From: Octopus sinensis
Taxonomy: Eukaryota
NCBI RefSeq assembly: GCF_006345805.1
Contig: NC_042998.1
Coordinates: 160,580,001-160,644,000, forward strand
DNA length: 64,000 nt
Reading direction: 5' to 3'
The notes below the pieces were generated by a model. The model worked only from the letters and a program-made list of their open reading frames with translations, was not told the origin of the DNA and searched no databases. Below, piece after piece: positions 12,080 to 24,905 of this stretch; the stretch's first letter is position 1, and the number at the start of each line of letters is the position of its first letter. The position numbers were made by a program, and so were the translations under genes.

Positions 12080-12117
<38 letters not shown>

Positions 12118-12479
12118 CCTCTTTTTTTTCCTGGCAAAAAACTGATCAGAGCAACGAATTTTGGTTTCAGCACACTGTTGTGTATGTAGCAAATCATTAA
12201 ATATTAAAGAAATGGAAACAAGTTCAATCTCAAGTTACATCTTAAATACTGCTTCATCTTGTTACGTTTTCAGACAAGATATTTTGACATTTTAAAGCCA
12301 GTGTTAGTTCTAAGCCTCTAAATACTATAAATGGATTTATAATAGCAGAATTTTTTAAGATCATCAAAGGATATTGAATATGAAAATATATATGTATAAA
12401 TTATATTCTAGTAAAATTTAAGTAAATATTTACTTTCCTTGCACCAACAGCATCCATTCACGTATATATTATGGTGTTA

Positions 12480-13070
12480 GTTGAGAGGGAACTGTGCATA
12501 TGATCTTTGTAAGTTGTGTGAAATATGTGAGATTGATGCGCTTGATATTCAGTTTGAATGTCTGCCAGTCAATAAATGTTGGAAAGGTATTACAAAGGGT
12601 TGACATTATAGGCAGGAATAATTGGGTGTAGAGGTTAGACACATAATGGGTTAGAAGAGACAGATATTTCAGGTGAGCTTCAGTGAAGATGATATACAAT
12701 GAGATAGCTCTGAAGAGTGGAGGTCATTGAAGGGGTTATAAGAGATGTAGAGTAAGGAGACAGCAAATTTTTGTAAGCCAGAGATTAATGTATGTTAGGT
12801 AGTGACTCCTTCCCAATCATTGAGATGGTTTTCACTACAATGCAGTCTAGGGATGTTTTTGCATGGCAGTAACAGTACTGTGCCAGATGTGGGGTCAGTA
12901 TTCTATCATTGATCTCATTTGAACTAAGCGGGAAGTCAGCAATTGTTTGGCACTGAAGTATTTTTGAGCTCAGAAGAGAAAGTGTAGTCTTTGGGAAGCA
13001 ATTCTTAAATATATTATGAATGTGAGATTGTTTAAGAGAGGTCATATCAAGTTGAAAGTTAAATTGAAGG
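12480..13070 (-). mobile_element. CR1/L2 (jockey-group) LINE RT C-terminal and 3' fragment
   Basis: Broken translation FLF*AQKYFSAKQLLT..IEY*PHIW..SLDCIVVKTISMIGKESL..SLAYKFAVS..SSEL..YTQLFLPIMSTLCN..TFKLNIKRINLT follows the typical CR1/L2 C-terminal pattern (EYCxHIW; SF.PR...LWN.LP; FK). Confidence 0.7.
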
Positions 13071-13192
13071 CAGAAACAAAATAAATATTTTGCATTACTG
13101 AAAGCTTGTTCTTTAGCATTGTTTGTAGTATTTTCCTGGAATTACATCTGTTAAGGCCTTTGGTTAATTACCTTTAACTTTCATAGGAGAAA

Positions 13193-13445
13193 GTGGAGGT
13201 ATGTGGCTTAGTGGTTAGGGTGTTGGAGTCATGATCATAAGATTGTGATTTCAGTTTCTGGACTGGACAATGCTTTGTGTTCTTGAGCAAAACACTTCAT
13301 TTCATGTTGTTCCAGTTCACTCAGCTGACAAAAACGAGTATTTCCAGTGATTGGACTGGCATTCTGTCTAGCAGGAAAAATGTTATTTGCCATGGAAAGT
13401 GAGAAACTGGCCTTATAAGTATATATGACTTGGTAAGGATCTTTA
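13193..13445 (+). mobile_element. SINE family B
   Basis: GTGGAGGTATGTGGCTTAGTGGTTAGGGTGTTGG head, TTCTTGAGCAAAACACTTCATTTCA core, and tail. Confidence 0.85.
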
Positions 13446-13765
13446 TCTTTTATTGTTATTCACTGGAGAAAAGTTTCTGTTGGTTTTCTAATGCAACATG
13501 AGGACATTGTAAAAGCATTGTAACCGAGATGTAAAATATCTCAATCAAGTAGATTTAACATAAAAAAAAACAAAGACAGAAAATAAGCTAAACATCAAAA
13601 GTTTAGATGAACAATCAAAGTATTTCTTCAAGAATGTCAGTTGTTACCAGCAGTTGACATGATATTAATAAAATTTATATTATTTTTATTTTTATTTAGA
13701 AACATGATCCATTCTAAAATTCTTTACATTATAAAATATATCATCTTATAAAATTTTGAAAAAAA

Positions 13766-13910
13766 ATGTGGTTGTGTGGTTAAGACTCTTGCTTGGCAGC
13801 CACATGGTTTCTGGTTCAGTCTCACTGTGCAGTACTTCAAATAAGTGTTTTCTATTTTAGCTATGGGCCAACAATCCCTTGGGAGCACTTTGGTAGAGGG
13901 GAAACAGTGA
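13766..13910 (+). mobile_element. SINE family A, 5' fragment
   Basis: GTGGTTGTGTGGTTAAG..CCACATGGTTTCTGGTTCAGTCTCACTG. Confidence 0.7.
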
Positions 13911-14764
13911 AATGATGCACTATTGGCTTAAATAAAAGGACACATAAGATGATATAGTTTTAGATATGCTATACCTGAAAACAAAGATGAGATTGTAGCA
14001 CCTCTGATCAAAGGCTTGTAAAATGGGCTAACCTCAAGCTAAACAATAACTGAATGGTATTTCCCAGTTGTTCTGTTCAAAGAAATAATTTCTATTTGAA
14101 AGTTTGGCCAATGAATAATAACTTCAATATCATACTTCTATCAGTAATATATACATCCATATCATCCACCAAGATTATTGTTGTCTTTCCTTGGTCATTC
14201 TTGATCGAACAAAAATATAATTAGCAGTATTCCATCTGTGACCATAATCTCTTTTTCTAAATCCAATACTGCATTGTCCAGCCTCCTTTGAGGAAAGTTG
14301 GCTCTTATTTCTAGCCTGTTGAGCTACTACATAGCAACCTCCCCGTCCTTGTTAGCCTGTCATTCAGAAGATTTGTTGCACTTGGAGTGAGTTACTGATA
14401 TCTTAAACAGAACGAAAGTATTTTATTAAAAGAGAATTTTACAGAGAAAATAATGAAAATTAGCATCTCATTTGGTTTGCAGCAATATATCAATAGCTTT
14501 TGTGTTATCAACAAACATGTGAAAAAAAATTTCAATTCACTCCTGCAGCTGATTGGTATTCTAGATAAACTAAAACAATAAGCACTGAGTGTGTATCAAT
14601 ATTTCCAGGCCAGGTTTTTGAAAAGTCAAAGTATTCAAGCTTTTCATTCTATTCCAAACAAGTTGGGGTGAGGTGGCGGTGGTTTGGTGGGGTTATTTAT
14701 ACTGAAACACTCAGAGATTAATAACTAAGGATCCAAAAGATTAGTCATCAATGATAAGTCCTGG

Positions 14765-14791
14765 CATCATCATAGTCATCGTTGTCATCAT

Positions 14792-14822
<31 letters not shown>

Positions 14823-15135
14823 AACAACAACAGCAATAACTGCAGCACCAATAGCAGCAGCACCAATAAAAAAAAAACAACCACAAGCAACCACAAAATT
14901 ACTCCTTGCCATGTCAGTGGCACCACAACTAATAATGCTATCATCAGCAACATCATTGTCATTGTCGTCATCGTCATTATCAACCCCATCAATCATTAAC
15001 TGTTGCTAGTGTTGTACTAGGATCACCACTATAACATCTCCAGTAAATATCTCAAGCAAAACAACCAATAATATAAATGATATCACCACCACCACCATCA
15101 TCACCACCATCGCCACCACCACTACCATCACCAGT
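14765..15135. repeat. Compound trinucleotide repeats (CAT/CAG/CAA/CAC)
   Basis: Direct inspection. These tracts cause the poly-D/S/I/M ORFs in the track. Confidence 0.9.
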
Positions 15136-16828
15136 CTGAAGTACACCAACAGCTATGTACACTTTATTCTATTACTCATTCTATTACAGACTATGAAAAT
15201 GCCCCCTACCTGACAAAACAATGTCCACTTTCAACAAACACACAATGTAAAAGTGTTTCTGTGTGTTTAATTTGTTGCTTCTCTGTTTGTGCACCTTGGG
15301 TAAGAAAACAAAGAGAATCAATAGAATTTCATGACTAGTTAGAGACAATTATTTTCAAAAATATCCCTGAAATTGAACTTATTTATTTTTTATTTCTTTT
15401 GTAAACTAGTTGAGTAAATTTTAGAAGACTAAATACCAGTTTTGTGGAAATATAACCAATAAAATAACAATAATAGTAATAATAATAATAATAATAATCC
15501 CATAACTAACTCCTTTGTCAATATCAGTATGTGCTTTATTTCAGATTGCTAGTCAGTCGGAGAGGCAAGAGACAGTGTTAGTTTCCTGGTAGACATCCAC
15601 AACTTATTTCACTGGAACAAATTATTAAAACTTATTTCATCATTTTAAATCTTTGCCCATTTAATTATTTAAAAAGAACCATGTAAAAATCAATTCTTTT
15701 GAACAGGATGTTCTCCTGCTTCAGCATTTTGCAGTTTTTAGCTACAACGAAGTTAAACTGTAAACGATATAATGTTATTCCACCAATTACCATTATGGCG
15801 CATTATATTTAAAGCCCAACAGTCACCAACAGACACAGTGATTCTACTGTATCTGTTGATATGAAACTATAACAGTGATTGGTTCACAACTTCCACCCAT
15901 TCATACTAACAATATTGCCTCCTTTTAAGTGATGTTTAAAAGTAGTTATTACTGTTAGGATATTGATTTTCTTAAATGATATCAGATGACAGCTTTGCTT
16001 CTAATCTTAATACTGGTGATCGAAAAAGATTTCTTTAAAAAGGAATAGTTTAATTCCCAAATTAATTTAAAATAACCCAGTTTATAATATTTTCAATCTC
16101 AAAGCATTCAAAAGTTATTAAGTTGTGTTTGAGAGAAATTTACAAAGAGATATCTTGATGGCATTTTACAAATTTCTATGATAAATGTTGTATGAAATTT
16201 ACTCTTTGTAATTTTATGCATAATTTTGCTGAGGACTATGATGCAATTCTATGAATATATCTTCTAATGTTCATTTATATTAATCATGTATTTTGCCGTT
16301 AATTTGACCTAGTTGAACCAGTTAGAAAAAAACCCCAAACAAAATATAATGATACTATTTTGCCTTATGTTTTTTTTTTTGTCACATGTAAAATGATAGG
16401 ATTTAAAATTTCCTTTTGAAATCAGGTTTAAAGGTTTTCTGTCAACAATTCTAGCCATTCTTAGCTAAATGTAGTGATAAATGTGTGAAATTGCTCAAAT
16501 AACTGTTGAAACAAGAAGTTAAATTTGGAAAAAATTAACTGATGTATAAGGCTGAATATATGCCACTTAATTGACTTCTACTGGTGTTATCTATGGGATT
16601 CAACATATGCTTAAGGAAGAGTTAAAAATCAGACTTTGAGACTATATCGTATATCATTATGTGCCTAAAACAACTGTAGACTATAAAAAAGACTTTTGTA
16701 ATAAGGACTTAGAGCAGTAAAAAACTTGCTTTCTCAAACATAGTTATAATGCAAAATGTTTTTCCTTTCAGTTTTTTGAAAATTATTATACCAAGTAATC
16801 TTTACTTTGGCATTTTATTTCCTCTTAG

Positions 16829-16956
16829 GCTTGAGTGGTTTTTTACCAATACATCCAAGATCTGTGATATCAGCTGCATCCCGACGGAAAAAGGAGCAAG
16901 AAGAAGCAGAAAAGAATGCCAGCAAAGACTCAGCAGAATCTGAACCTTCCTCATGA
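16829..16956 (+). CDS. Candidate terminal coding exon of an unidentified host gene: (x)LSGFLPIHPRSVISAASRRKKEQEEAEKNASKDSAESEPSS*
   Basis: Strong acceptor TTTTATTTCCTCTTAG at 16813-16828. 41 open codons, GC-richer than the flanks and protein-like in composition. TGA at 16954-16956 and AATAAA at 17002-17007. Upstream exons not identified. Confidence 0.5.
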
Positions 16957-17037
16957 TTTCCACAATCATTTTTTATCTTTTTTGTGCAAGAATTTTCATG
17001 AAATAAAGTAAAAAAAATTGTTAGATGTATATTGTTT

Positions 17038-17450
17038 TCTTTTATTCTTTTACTTGCTTCAGTCATTTGACTATGACCATGCTGGAGCACCACCTTGAAG
17101 GGTTTTAGCTGAACAAATTGAACCCAGGACTTAAGTTTCTAAGCTTAGTACTTATTCTATCAGTTTCTTTTTCTGAACTGCTAAGTTACAGGAATGTAAA
17201 CACACCAACACCAGTTGTCAAATGTTGATGGTGGGGACAAACACAGACACAAAGGCATACACACACACACACACACATATATACATACGCCAGGCTTTTT
17301 TCAGTTACCATCTACCAAATCCACTCACAAGGTTTTGGTCAGCTGAGGCTATAGTAGAAGACACTTGCCCAAGGTGCCACATAGTGGGACTGAACCTGGA
17401 GCTATATGGTTGGGAAGCGAATTTCTTATCACACAACCACACCTGTGCCT
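17038..17450 (-). mobile_element. SINE family A, full length
   Basis: Complete reverse-complement copy from head (AGGCACAGGTGTGGTTGTGTGATAAG) to tail (GACTGAAGCAAGTAAAAGAATAAA), with an internal (CA)n tract. Confidence 0.9.
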
Positions 17451-18013
17451 GTTGTTATTCATGAATTGCAAAAAGCCAATTTTCACTTATAACACCTGTG
17501 ATTATTAACATGCAGCTGAATACCAAAACTTCTTACTAATACCTTCATAAGACCAGGGATTATTTTCAGATCAGTACTAATTTCTTTCCTGAAAATCCAT
17601 CATTAGTTTACATACATCCCATTATAGCTGTTCACTCATTAGACATCCCAACAGTTTTTCAGCTTAATTCACTTGGCTCTTTGTATGTAGTTCCAGTGCT
17701 TTAACCCAGTTACTTTTGTATTACAGGATACTCCAGTTGAAACAACTGTCACAGGGAGTAGCATGATATTGCATGGTAGATGACATTGTATAGAGTAGTT
17801 CTCTGTATCATTTTCTCAATCTAAATGTAATAAGATTTCATAAAAGATTTCAAATTTTACCAATGGTCAGCCTGCCATGCTTCAGGGCAGCTTTTTCTCT
17901 AGTTTGTCTGACTAAAGGTTTTATATTTTTTTTATTTGACTTGCTGGCTTGGAAAGAAGAGGGTCCACTCTCATTACATAGGTGGATGGGGCTAGTTGTA
18001 GTTAGGACATACA

Positions 18014-18254
18014 TTGACAATTGGCAAGTCTCTTAACCTCTTAGGAATTGTTACGGCACTGCAGTCATGCAGCGTCTAGGGCAAGAAAGCCTGGTGGAGC
18101 CCACCCCTCTCTAAGCTAAACTAATTTTTTGCCAGCTGAGTGGACTGGAGCAAAATGAAATGAAGTATGCAATAGATTGCCTGGTCCAGGGATCAAAACC
18201 ACAATCTTATGGTTGTGAATCCAACACCTTAACCACTAAGCTATGCACCTTCAC
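18014..18254 (-). mobile_element. SINE with family-B head/core but a different 3' tail; 14-bp TSD
   Basis: TSD AGTTAGGACATACA at 18000-18013 and 18255-18268. B head/core at 18125-18254. The tail at 18014-18124 is unlike other B copies. Confidence 0.85.
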
Positions 18255-18444
18255 AGTTAGGACATACAGCCACAGACAAAAATGGAAATAGAAAAACAGT
18301 TACACAAGCAAAAAAAAAAAACTTACCACCCTATTATCATAGAAAATAAATATAAAAGATAAAACAAAAATCTTTGACAATAACTTCTGAATGCTCAATG
18401 CCTTGAAAATGAACTTGTTTGACAGAAACTGTGTGGAAACCTGA

Positions 18445-18600
18445 TGTGTGTGTGTGTGTTTGTATTTGTCTTTCCACCACTGCTTGACAACCAGTGTTGG
18501 TTTGTTTACATCCCTGTAACTTAAAAGTTCAGCAAAAGTCATCAGACTTTTAAAAATATAAGTACTGGAGTTGTTTTGTTCAACAATAAAAGATAATAAA
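18445..18600 (+). mobile_element. SINE family A, 3' half
   Basis: TGCTTGACAACCAGTGTTGG..CCCTGTAACTT..CAGCAAAAG. Confidence 0.7.
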
Positions 18601-18654
18601 TAAAATAGATGAAATGATAAATTATCAGCAAATAAAGTGTGTTCACAGCTGTAA

Positions 18655-19127
18655 CCTACACCAGTGCCGCATAACCAGCCTGCTCAAGAGTACCTTAGAT
18701 TGTAGGGTGACATGCCATGCTTGAGGAGACCTATTGAGTTAAGTACATCAACATCAATATCAAAATCAAATCAAATGGAAATTGTAGTTGTGACTCCCAT
18801 GCCAGTAGCACATAAAAGCACCATCTGAATGTGGTTGATGCCTGTGCCGCTTTGACTGGCTTCTGTGCCCATGGCACGTAAAAAGCACCATCTGATCCTG
18901 GTCGATGCCAGCTCCTCTGGCCCCTGTGCCAGTGGCATCTTAAAAGCACCTATTACACTCTTGGAGTTGTTGCCATTAGGAAGGATATCCAGCTGTAGAA
19001 ACACTGCCAGATCAGATTGGGGCCTAGTGCAGCTTTCTGGTTTTCCAGACCCCAGTCAAACTGTCCAACCCATGCCAGATGGAAAATGGACGTTAAACGA
19101 TGATGATGATGATGATGATGATGATGA
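18655..19127 (+). mobile_element. 5'-truncated RTE LINE 3'UTR with (GAT)n tail
   Basis: Three GTGCC-N-GTGGCAC-TAAAAAGCACC units, TTAGGAAGGATATCCAGCTGTAGAAAC, and terminal GGACGTTAAAC(GAT)n. Confidence 0.85.
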
Positions 19128-19319
19128 AATATGTAAATAAAACAGATGAAACAGTGATAAATCAACATGGTAGGGTTCATATTCAGAATGATATCCCTCA
19201 AAGCTGCTTTTCAATTCTATACTCTGGTCATTGTACCATTATAGAAATTTATAGTTCTGGGTTTTGTACTACCTTATTTATTTCTCAATAATAGATCTCT
19301 GGACCAGCATGTGACTAAC

Positions 19320-19518
19320 ATGTGGCACAAAGCCAGCAGTTTCAGGAGAGGGGGTAAATTGATTGCATCAATCCCAACGATCATCTGTTACTTATTTTAT
19401 CAACTCTGTAAGGATGAAAGTCAATCTCAGTTGAATTTGAACTCAGAATGTAAAGATGGACAAAACGCTGCTAAGCATTTTGTCCAGCATGCTAACAATT
19501 CTGCCATCTTGTTGCCTT
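19320..19518 (-). mobile_element. SINE family C
   Basis: GGCACAAAGCCAGC..GAATTTGAACTCAGAATGTAAAG..GCTAACAATTCTGCCA..GCCTT. Confidence 0.8.
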
Positions 19519-19839
19519 GCATGTGACCTTAATATTAAAGGTGATAATAATTTAGGAGTAAATTACTTGATGTGTAGTAGGTTGAGTGAGTAATAAAATC
19601 TCCTCAAATTTCACCCCCTTTAGCTATATATACATCTATATATTAAAACAATATAGTAAATAGAATTCTCCTTCTAACAAATTCTGGACAAAATTATTTA
19701 TAAGAAAATGAAAATTGTTTCCAAAGTAGAGAAAGAAATTTTAAATATTCTCATTCTTAAATTTCTAGGAGAATGTGAATTTGAATATTGAAGAATTAGA
19801 GATTTTAAGAATTTCTAACATTCATCATCATCATCATCA

Positions 19840-19870
<31 letters not shown>

Positions 19871-20286
19871 GCATTCTTTTTTGAGAAAATATTTATCAAA
19901 ATATTGATTACATCCTGTCATATTCTACCTGTTTTAGACCTTACTATTTACATTTATGTTTCATCTAAATTATAAAACACTGTTTACCATTTGATTGTAA
20001 ATTATTTCTTCTAATGTCTTTTTTATATATATATATATCAGAATCTCATTTTTCTTGATATTTATTACATCTGACATATATTAAAACCTTGCTGATGTAC
20101 ATGCATGCAGCACATTCATTCTTGTGCACAAACACTTTACAATCTTGAGTTTTAAATTTATGTCAAGCTGTTGCTCAAAAGTGTCAAGACAAACTTTCAG
20201 CAAGTGTCAAACTATCTGTAGGAACTGACAACATTAATAAAAACAAATTCTTTTCTGAAATCTAACAGGAAATGTATTCATTGCAG

Positions 20287-20325
20287 GACTATTTTCTACG
20301 CTTCAAATGACAGCGATGGATTCAG
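20287..20325 (+). CDS. Candidate 39-nt internal exon (TIFYASNDSDGF or LFSTLQMTAMDS)
   Basis: TTCATTGCAG acceptor, CAG/GTATTC donor, open in two frames, GC-richer than the flanks. No homology recognised. Confidence 0.25.
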
Positions 20326-21158
20326 GTATTCTTAATGACTATTTTTAGTTGAATTACCTGTCAACAAATGAAAAGTCTTCCATCTAAATTCAAGGGTATT
20401 TGAATTGTCTCAAAGTATTGATTATGAAGTGCTTGTCATCTTAAATATGTCTGATGTGTGTCTTTCTTCACAATGCAGTAATTGTTCTTTATTTACTTCT
20501 TTTTATATCCTAGGTTTTGGTAATCTTAACAAAATTTAAGTTAAATATTTGGAAAGTACTTTTATCTTCCATTTTTTTCAGTTAGTTATTAATGTTAAAA
20601 GGATTTATTTTACTTGTTTTATGTCTCTCTTCACTTCTATTTTTACTGATAACTATATGCCATGATGATAATTCTTTGGAAAAAGTTTTCCTTTTAAAAA
20701 GTAATGATGTTACATCTAGTCAATTTAATGTCATCACATCCAGTTAATTTGGCAATACTTATTTTCACATTAGTTTTCCCAGTCACCATATCTGTCTCTG
20801 TTTTATTTTTTGTTCTGTGCAAGTGTCGTAATTTTACCTTGAAAGATACTCAACAATCCTCTCTGTCTAAAAATAACAAATCAAAAAAATCTCATGTGTT
20901 CAATGCTACTTTATTCTTTTTCAAAAAGACAAAATGCTTTTTATTTCTATTTATAAAGGAATCCATTTGCAGATCATCACACAGACATCTGATCAATGCA
21001 GAAAAGATTATTGTTTGAAATAGTATTTGTGTAATTACTAAATGAATGAACTAATAATGATACTCCATAATGAGCAAACCTTCAGACTTGTTATGAAAAT
21101 ATTCAAATACAGAAAGGAAAAGCTGTTTATGTATGGGCTTATAAAGCAGTTGAAACTA

Positions 21159-21202
21159 TTATAGATAGTTAAGAACACGAATATGATTTTCACCTGTAAT
21201 AC
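21159..21202 (-). CDS. Candidate terminal exon (x)ITGENHIRVLNYL*
   Basis: Minus-strand acceptor TTTCATTTCAG, short open frame to TAA, minus-strand AATAAA ~220 nt downstream. Weak support. Confidence 0.2.
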
Positions 21203-21227
21203 CTGAAATGAAATTATTTATCGATAT

Positions 21228-21562
21228 CAGTTGTTCTCAACTGGGGTCTATATGATCCCTGTTGGTCCATATAAGATTTTAAAGGGGTCCATGTGAGCAA
21301 AATAGTAAATAGGGGACCCACAAAAATATATTAAGGGTCCGTGAAAAATTTTTGCTTTAGATGTATATATTGCAAGAAACAGCAAGATTTCTTTCTCTAA
21401 CATTTTACATTGTTCAACCTACACAAGTTAAGGGACGCAAAAAAGGAATTTTGTAAGGAGCATTTGTAAAACTAGTTTTTAAACATTGAATGGTTCTGGG
21501 GGTCCACCGAATAGAATAGTAATCAAAGGGGTCTATAGATAAAATATGGTTGAGAACCACTG
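21228..21562. mobile_element. hAT (Charlie-like) MITE
   Basis: TIRs CAGTTGTTCTCAAC / GTTGAGAACCACTG. Degenerate 8-bp flanks ATCGATAT / ATCTGGAT. Confidence 0.85.
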
Positions 21563-21724
21563 ATCTGGATTCTGTAAGTTTATTGTAAGACCGTTTTCAA
21601 TAAGCATTTATGATTCATGTTTCAATTTCCAACATTGCATATTTGAACACTAGCAAAGATTATCTTCGAAACAGAAAACTATTGTATGAAGGGCATTGAT
21701 TTAGTTACAGGAAAAGTTTTGCAG

Positions 21725-22125
21725 CCATGGCTGTGAGGTAAGAAGCTTGCTTACCAAACACATGACTCTGAGTTCAGTCCCACTGTGTGTGTATGGGGGG
21801 GGGGGGCACCTTGAGCAAGTATTTTCTACTCTAGCCACAAGCCAACCAAAGCCTTGTGAGTAGATTTGGTAAATGGAAACTGATAGAAGCCTATCATATA
21901 TATGTCTATGTATGTATATCAGTGTGTGTGTTTGTTCCCCCCAACTAGTACTTGACAACTAGAACTGGTGTGTTTACATTTTTGTAACTTTGTAGTTTTG
22001 GCAAAAGAAACTGATAAAATAAGTAACAGACTTTAAAATATATGTCCTGGGGTCAGTACATTTGAATAAAAATTCTTCAGGATGGTGCCCCAGCATGGCA
22101 GCAGTCTATTGACTGAAACAAGTAA
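21725..22125 (+). mobile_element. SINE family A, near full length
   Basis: GGCTGTGAGGTAAGAAGCTTGCTTACC head to GACTGAAACAAGTAA tail. Confidence 0.88.
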
Positions 22126-22326
22126 TACCTGGCCCAAATATTCTACCTTGTTTTATGTTGAAACTGTCCAGGTCTAGCTTCCCACACCTACCTTACAATG
22201 TTATTTTAAAAACAAACAATCACATTGTCAAAATCTAGAATCTACAAGACAATGCATGATTAATTGAAAACAATATGAATAAAGAAGCATTACATATGAG
22301 AGAAAAATTTAAATGCTATATGGTTA
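22126..22326. mobile_element. piggyBac-type MITE, partial (homologous to 27450-27675)
   Basis: Shared body GGCCCAAATATTCTACC..GATAATGCATGATTAATT..AAGCATTACAT, ending AATGCTATATGGTTAA. Confidence 0.65.
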
Positions 22327-22544
22327 AAGTAATTTTGCTTCATTTGAAGGGAAGTGAGTTCTGTAAGACATGTGAGAGAGGAGTGCTGCATGCTTACTTT
22401 GAACTTTTGAGGAAATAGACTAAGTGAAAGAAAAATAGGTGCAGTAAGGTGTAAAGAGCAGAAACAGGATATAGCATAACAATACACCAGAGACTGAAGG
22501 TTTTCACTAAAGTCAGTTCAGAGTGATGAAAAGCACTCTGACCA

Positions 22545-22793
22545 TGTGGAGGTGCATGGCTTAGTGGTTAGGATGTTGAACTCATGATTGTAAGGTTGCG
22601 GTTTCAATTCTTGGACTGTGCGATGCGTTGTGTTCTTGAGTAAAACACTTCATTTCACGTTGCTCCAGTCCACTCATCTGGCAAAAATGAGTAATCCTGT
22701 GATGGACTGGTGTCCCGTCCAGGTGGGGAATTTCTATGCCACTGAAACTGGGAAGCCGGCCCTTATGAGCCTGGTATGGCTCAAGAAGGAACT
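22545..22793 (+). mobile_element. SINE family B, well preserved
   Basis: GTGGAGGTGCATGGCTTAGTGGTTAGG (A box), GGTTTCAATTC (B box), core and tail complete. Confidence 0.92.
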
Positions 22794-22796
22794 CTG

Positions 22797-22945
22797 ACCA
22801 TGAATGACCATTCTGTCATTTAGAAGATTATAGGGATACATTGTCTAATGTATCTTATCCTTCTTTATGCTATAAGGTGTGATTTGAGGGAGATTTGGCT
22901 GCTATTCCTTGCTAGTCAAGCAACCACATAAGTGCATCCTTGGAA
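22797..22945 (-). mobile_element. Repeat family D
   Basis: GGTGTGATTTGAGGGAGATTTGGCTGCTATT is the reverse complement of the family signature AATAGCAGCCAAATCTCCCTCAAATCACACC. Confidence 0.75.
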
Positions 22946-23766
22946 GGAAACACTTATGGAACTGGGTTCGAGAGAACTTGACTTGTGTTCTATAATCATA
23001 TTTGGTTACTTATATCTCAAAAACAAGGAGAATGGACATGAGGAAGAGAAGAAAAGTGGAAGAAAATTTGTAACGTGGTTAAAATAAGCAATTTCAGTGA
23101 AATAGAGGTCATTATAGCTATGTCAAATGAGAATCTGAGAATCCAGAACTTGACAATGAACCAAGAACTGAAGATATCCATTGTGATACAGTTTGGCATT
23201 TTATTCAGTAAACAAAGTCCTGGACAATTCTATTTTAAAAAACCTTTGAATGTTTTAAGTTTTACAGTGGATGGTGGTGGTGGTAGAGCATGATTTTGAC
23301 ATTTTTAGTACTTTATTGTAGGATGAAGATTATTAAAGTTAAAATCAAACAGTCGAGCACAGTTTCTGTAACCACAGCTATTGCTGTATTGATCCAGATG
23401 CTTCTCATATATCTCAAAGCTGGGATACCAGAAAAGAAACAAACAAAAAAATAAAACAAAAGCAACAACAAAAATGCTTTTCAAAATGAAATCGAACCAG
23501 CAGGATGTGTAATATTTGTAGTTCTAATATTTTGCTTGCAGATAGGTCATCTGATATAGAAAATTGTCAATACAATACAATAAAAATATTGGAAAAATAC
23601 CAAACAACTAAAGATTACCAAAGTTTAATTTTGGGTGAGAGGAACAGGCATACTTGAAATAAAGGCCAACAAGATAACAAATTGATTATCAATCAGATCT
23701 GTTAATATATTGATAAACTAATCAAATAGAAAGAATTTATGGATATGTGCCTGTCTGGAGGAGTGC

Positions 23767-23840
<74 letters not shown>

Positions 23841-24135
23841 CATGACAACTGTATTTGTTACTATAGTAATAAAGTACTATATTCTATCATCACTGCCAGT
23901 TTTTACACTTGTTCCATGCTGATGTAACATGTGTAGCTCAAAACTGCATAACAACCTTCTCTGGTTAATATGCTTTGCTATAATCATTGCAGATTTGGTA
24001 AAGCAAACCATTATCAGTCTCCACCATTGGACCTTTTTACTAAAGTTGCTTGTTCATCAAAAGCTACCTTTAAAGTAGCCACTCAGTCTGGAATGCTCAT
24101 CTAATCAACTCAGGTGTATTTCAATGTTCCATTCA

Positions 24136-24139
<4 letters not shown>

Positions 24140-24210
<71 letters not shown>
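24140..24210. repeat. (CT)n microsatellite
   Basis: Direct inspection. Confidence 0.95.
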
Positions 24211-24431
24211 ATCATGGTCTACTCAGCATCTCTTGGAACCACCCATGTTATCTCCACAACTATTGGCTTTTAAAGATCTTAACTCCACATTACCAACATT
24301 TACTTAGCACAAATCTCTTGACTCTGAATCAAAGATTATCTGAAACTCTATTGGTGGTAACCCTGATTTATTTGATTCTCACACTGATCCATCAATCTGT
24401 CTCACACGTTACTGTAAAAGCCATGAGAAAT

Positions 24432-24635
24432 TGAACCAAATGGAGAGCCTTTAAGTAGTTGCTCAAACTGCTAGAAGCAGCTGCCAAATTCTCGGAAATT
24501 ACACCCTGTTCTCTCGAAAATGGAGGGAAATATTGTACAGTGTATTCCTTGACATAGAAAAGTAAAGGATGAGATGGTTATAGTTGGAATGCTTCTGGTG
24601 ATGGAAACTACTCAATCTAGGTTAAACAACAACAG
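24432..24635 (+). mobile_element. Repeat family D
   Basis: GAGCCTTTAAGTAGTTGCTC..CTGCTAGAAGCAGCTGCCAAAT..GGTTAAACAACAAC. Confidence 0.65.
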
Positions 24636-24697
24636 ACCATTTTAAAGTGTATCATATTCTAAACTATTCCATATCTTCTCCTCCCCCCTCCTCCTCC

Positions 24698-24905
24698 ACA
24701 TCATCATCATCTGTCTTTTCGATGTTGGCATGGGCTGGATAGTTTGACAGGATCTTGCAAGCCACTAGGCTGTGTTGTACTCCATTGTCAACTTGGCATG
24801 GCTTCTATGTCTGGATGCCCTTCCTAATGCCAACCACTTTACAGTGTGTACTGAGTGATTCTTTGCATGCCACTGGCACTAGTGAGGTTGTCCAGTAACT
24901 TGCAA
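24698..24905 (-). mobile_element. RTE 3' tail fragment
   Basis: (CAT)n then GGATGCCCTTCCTAATGCCAACCACTTTACAGTGTGTAC. Confidence 0.8.

Noticed and set aside
14741-15009. Four overlapping ORFs with poly-D/S/I/M/A runs
   Set aside because: They come from a compound CAT/CAG/CAA triplet tract open on both strands, with no splice or homology support.
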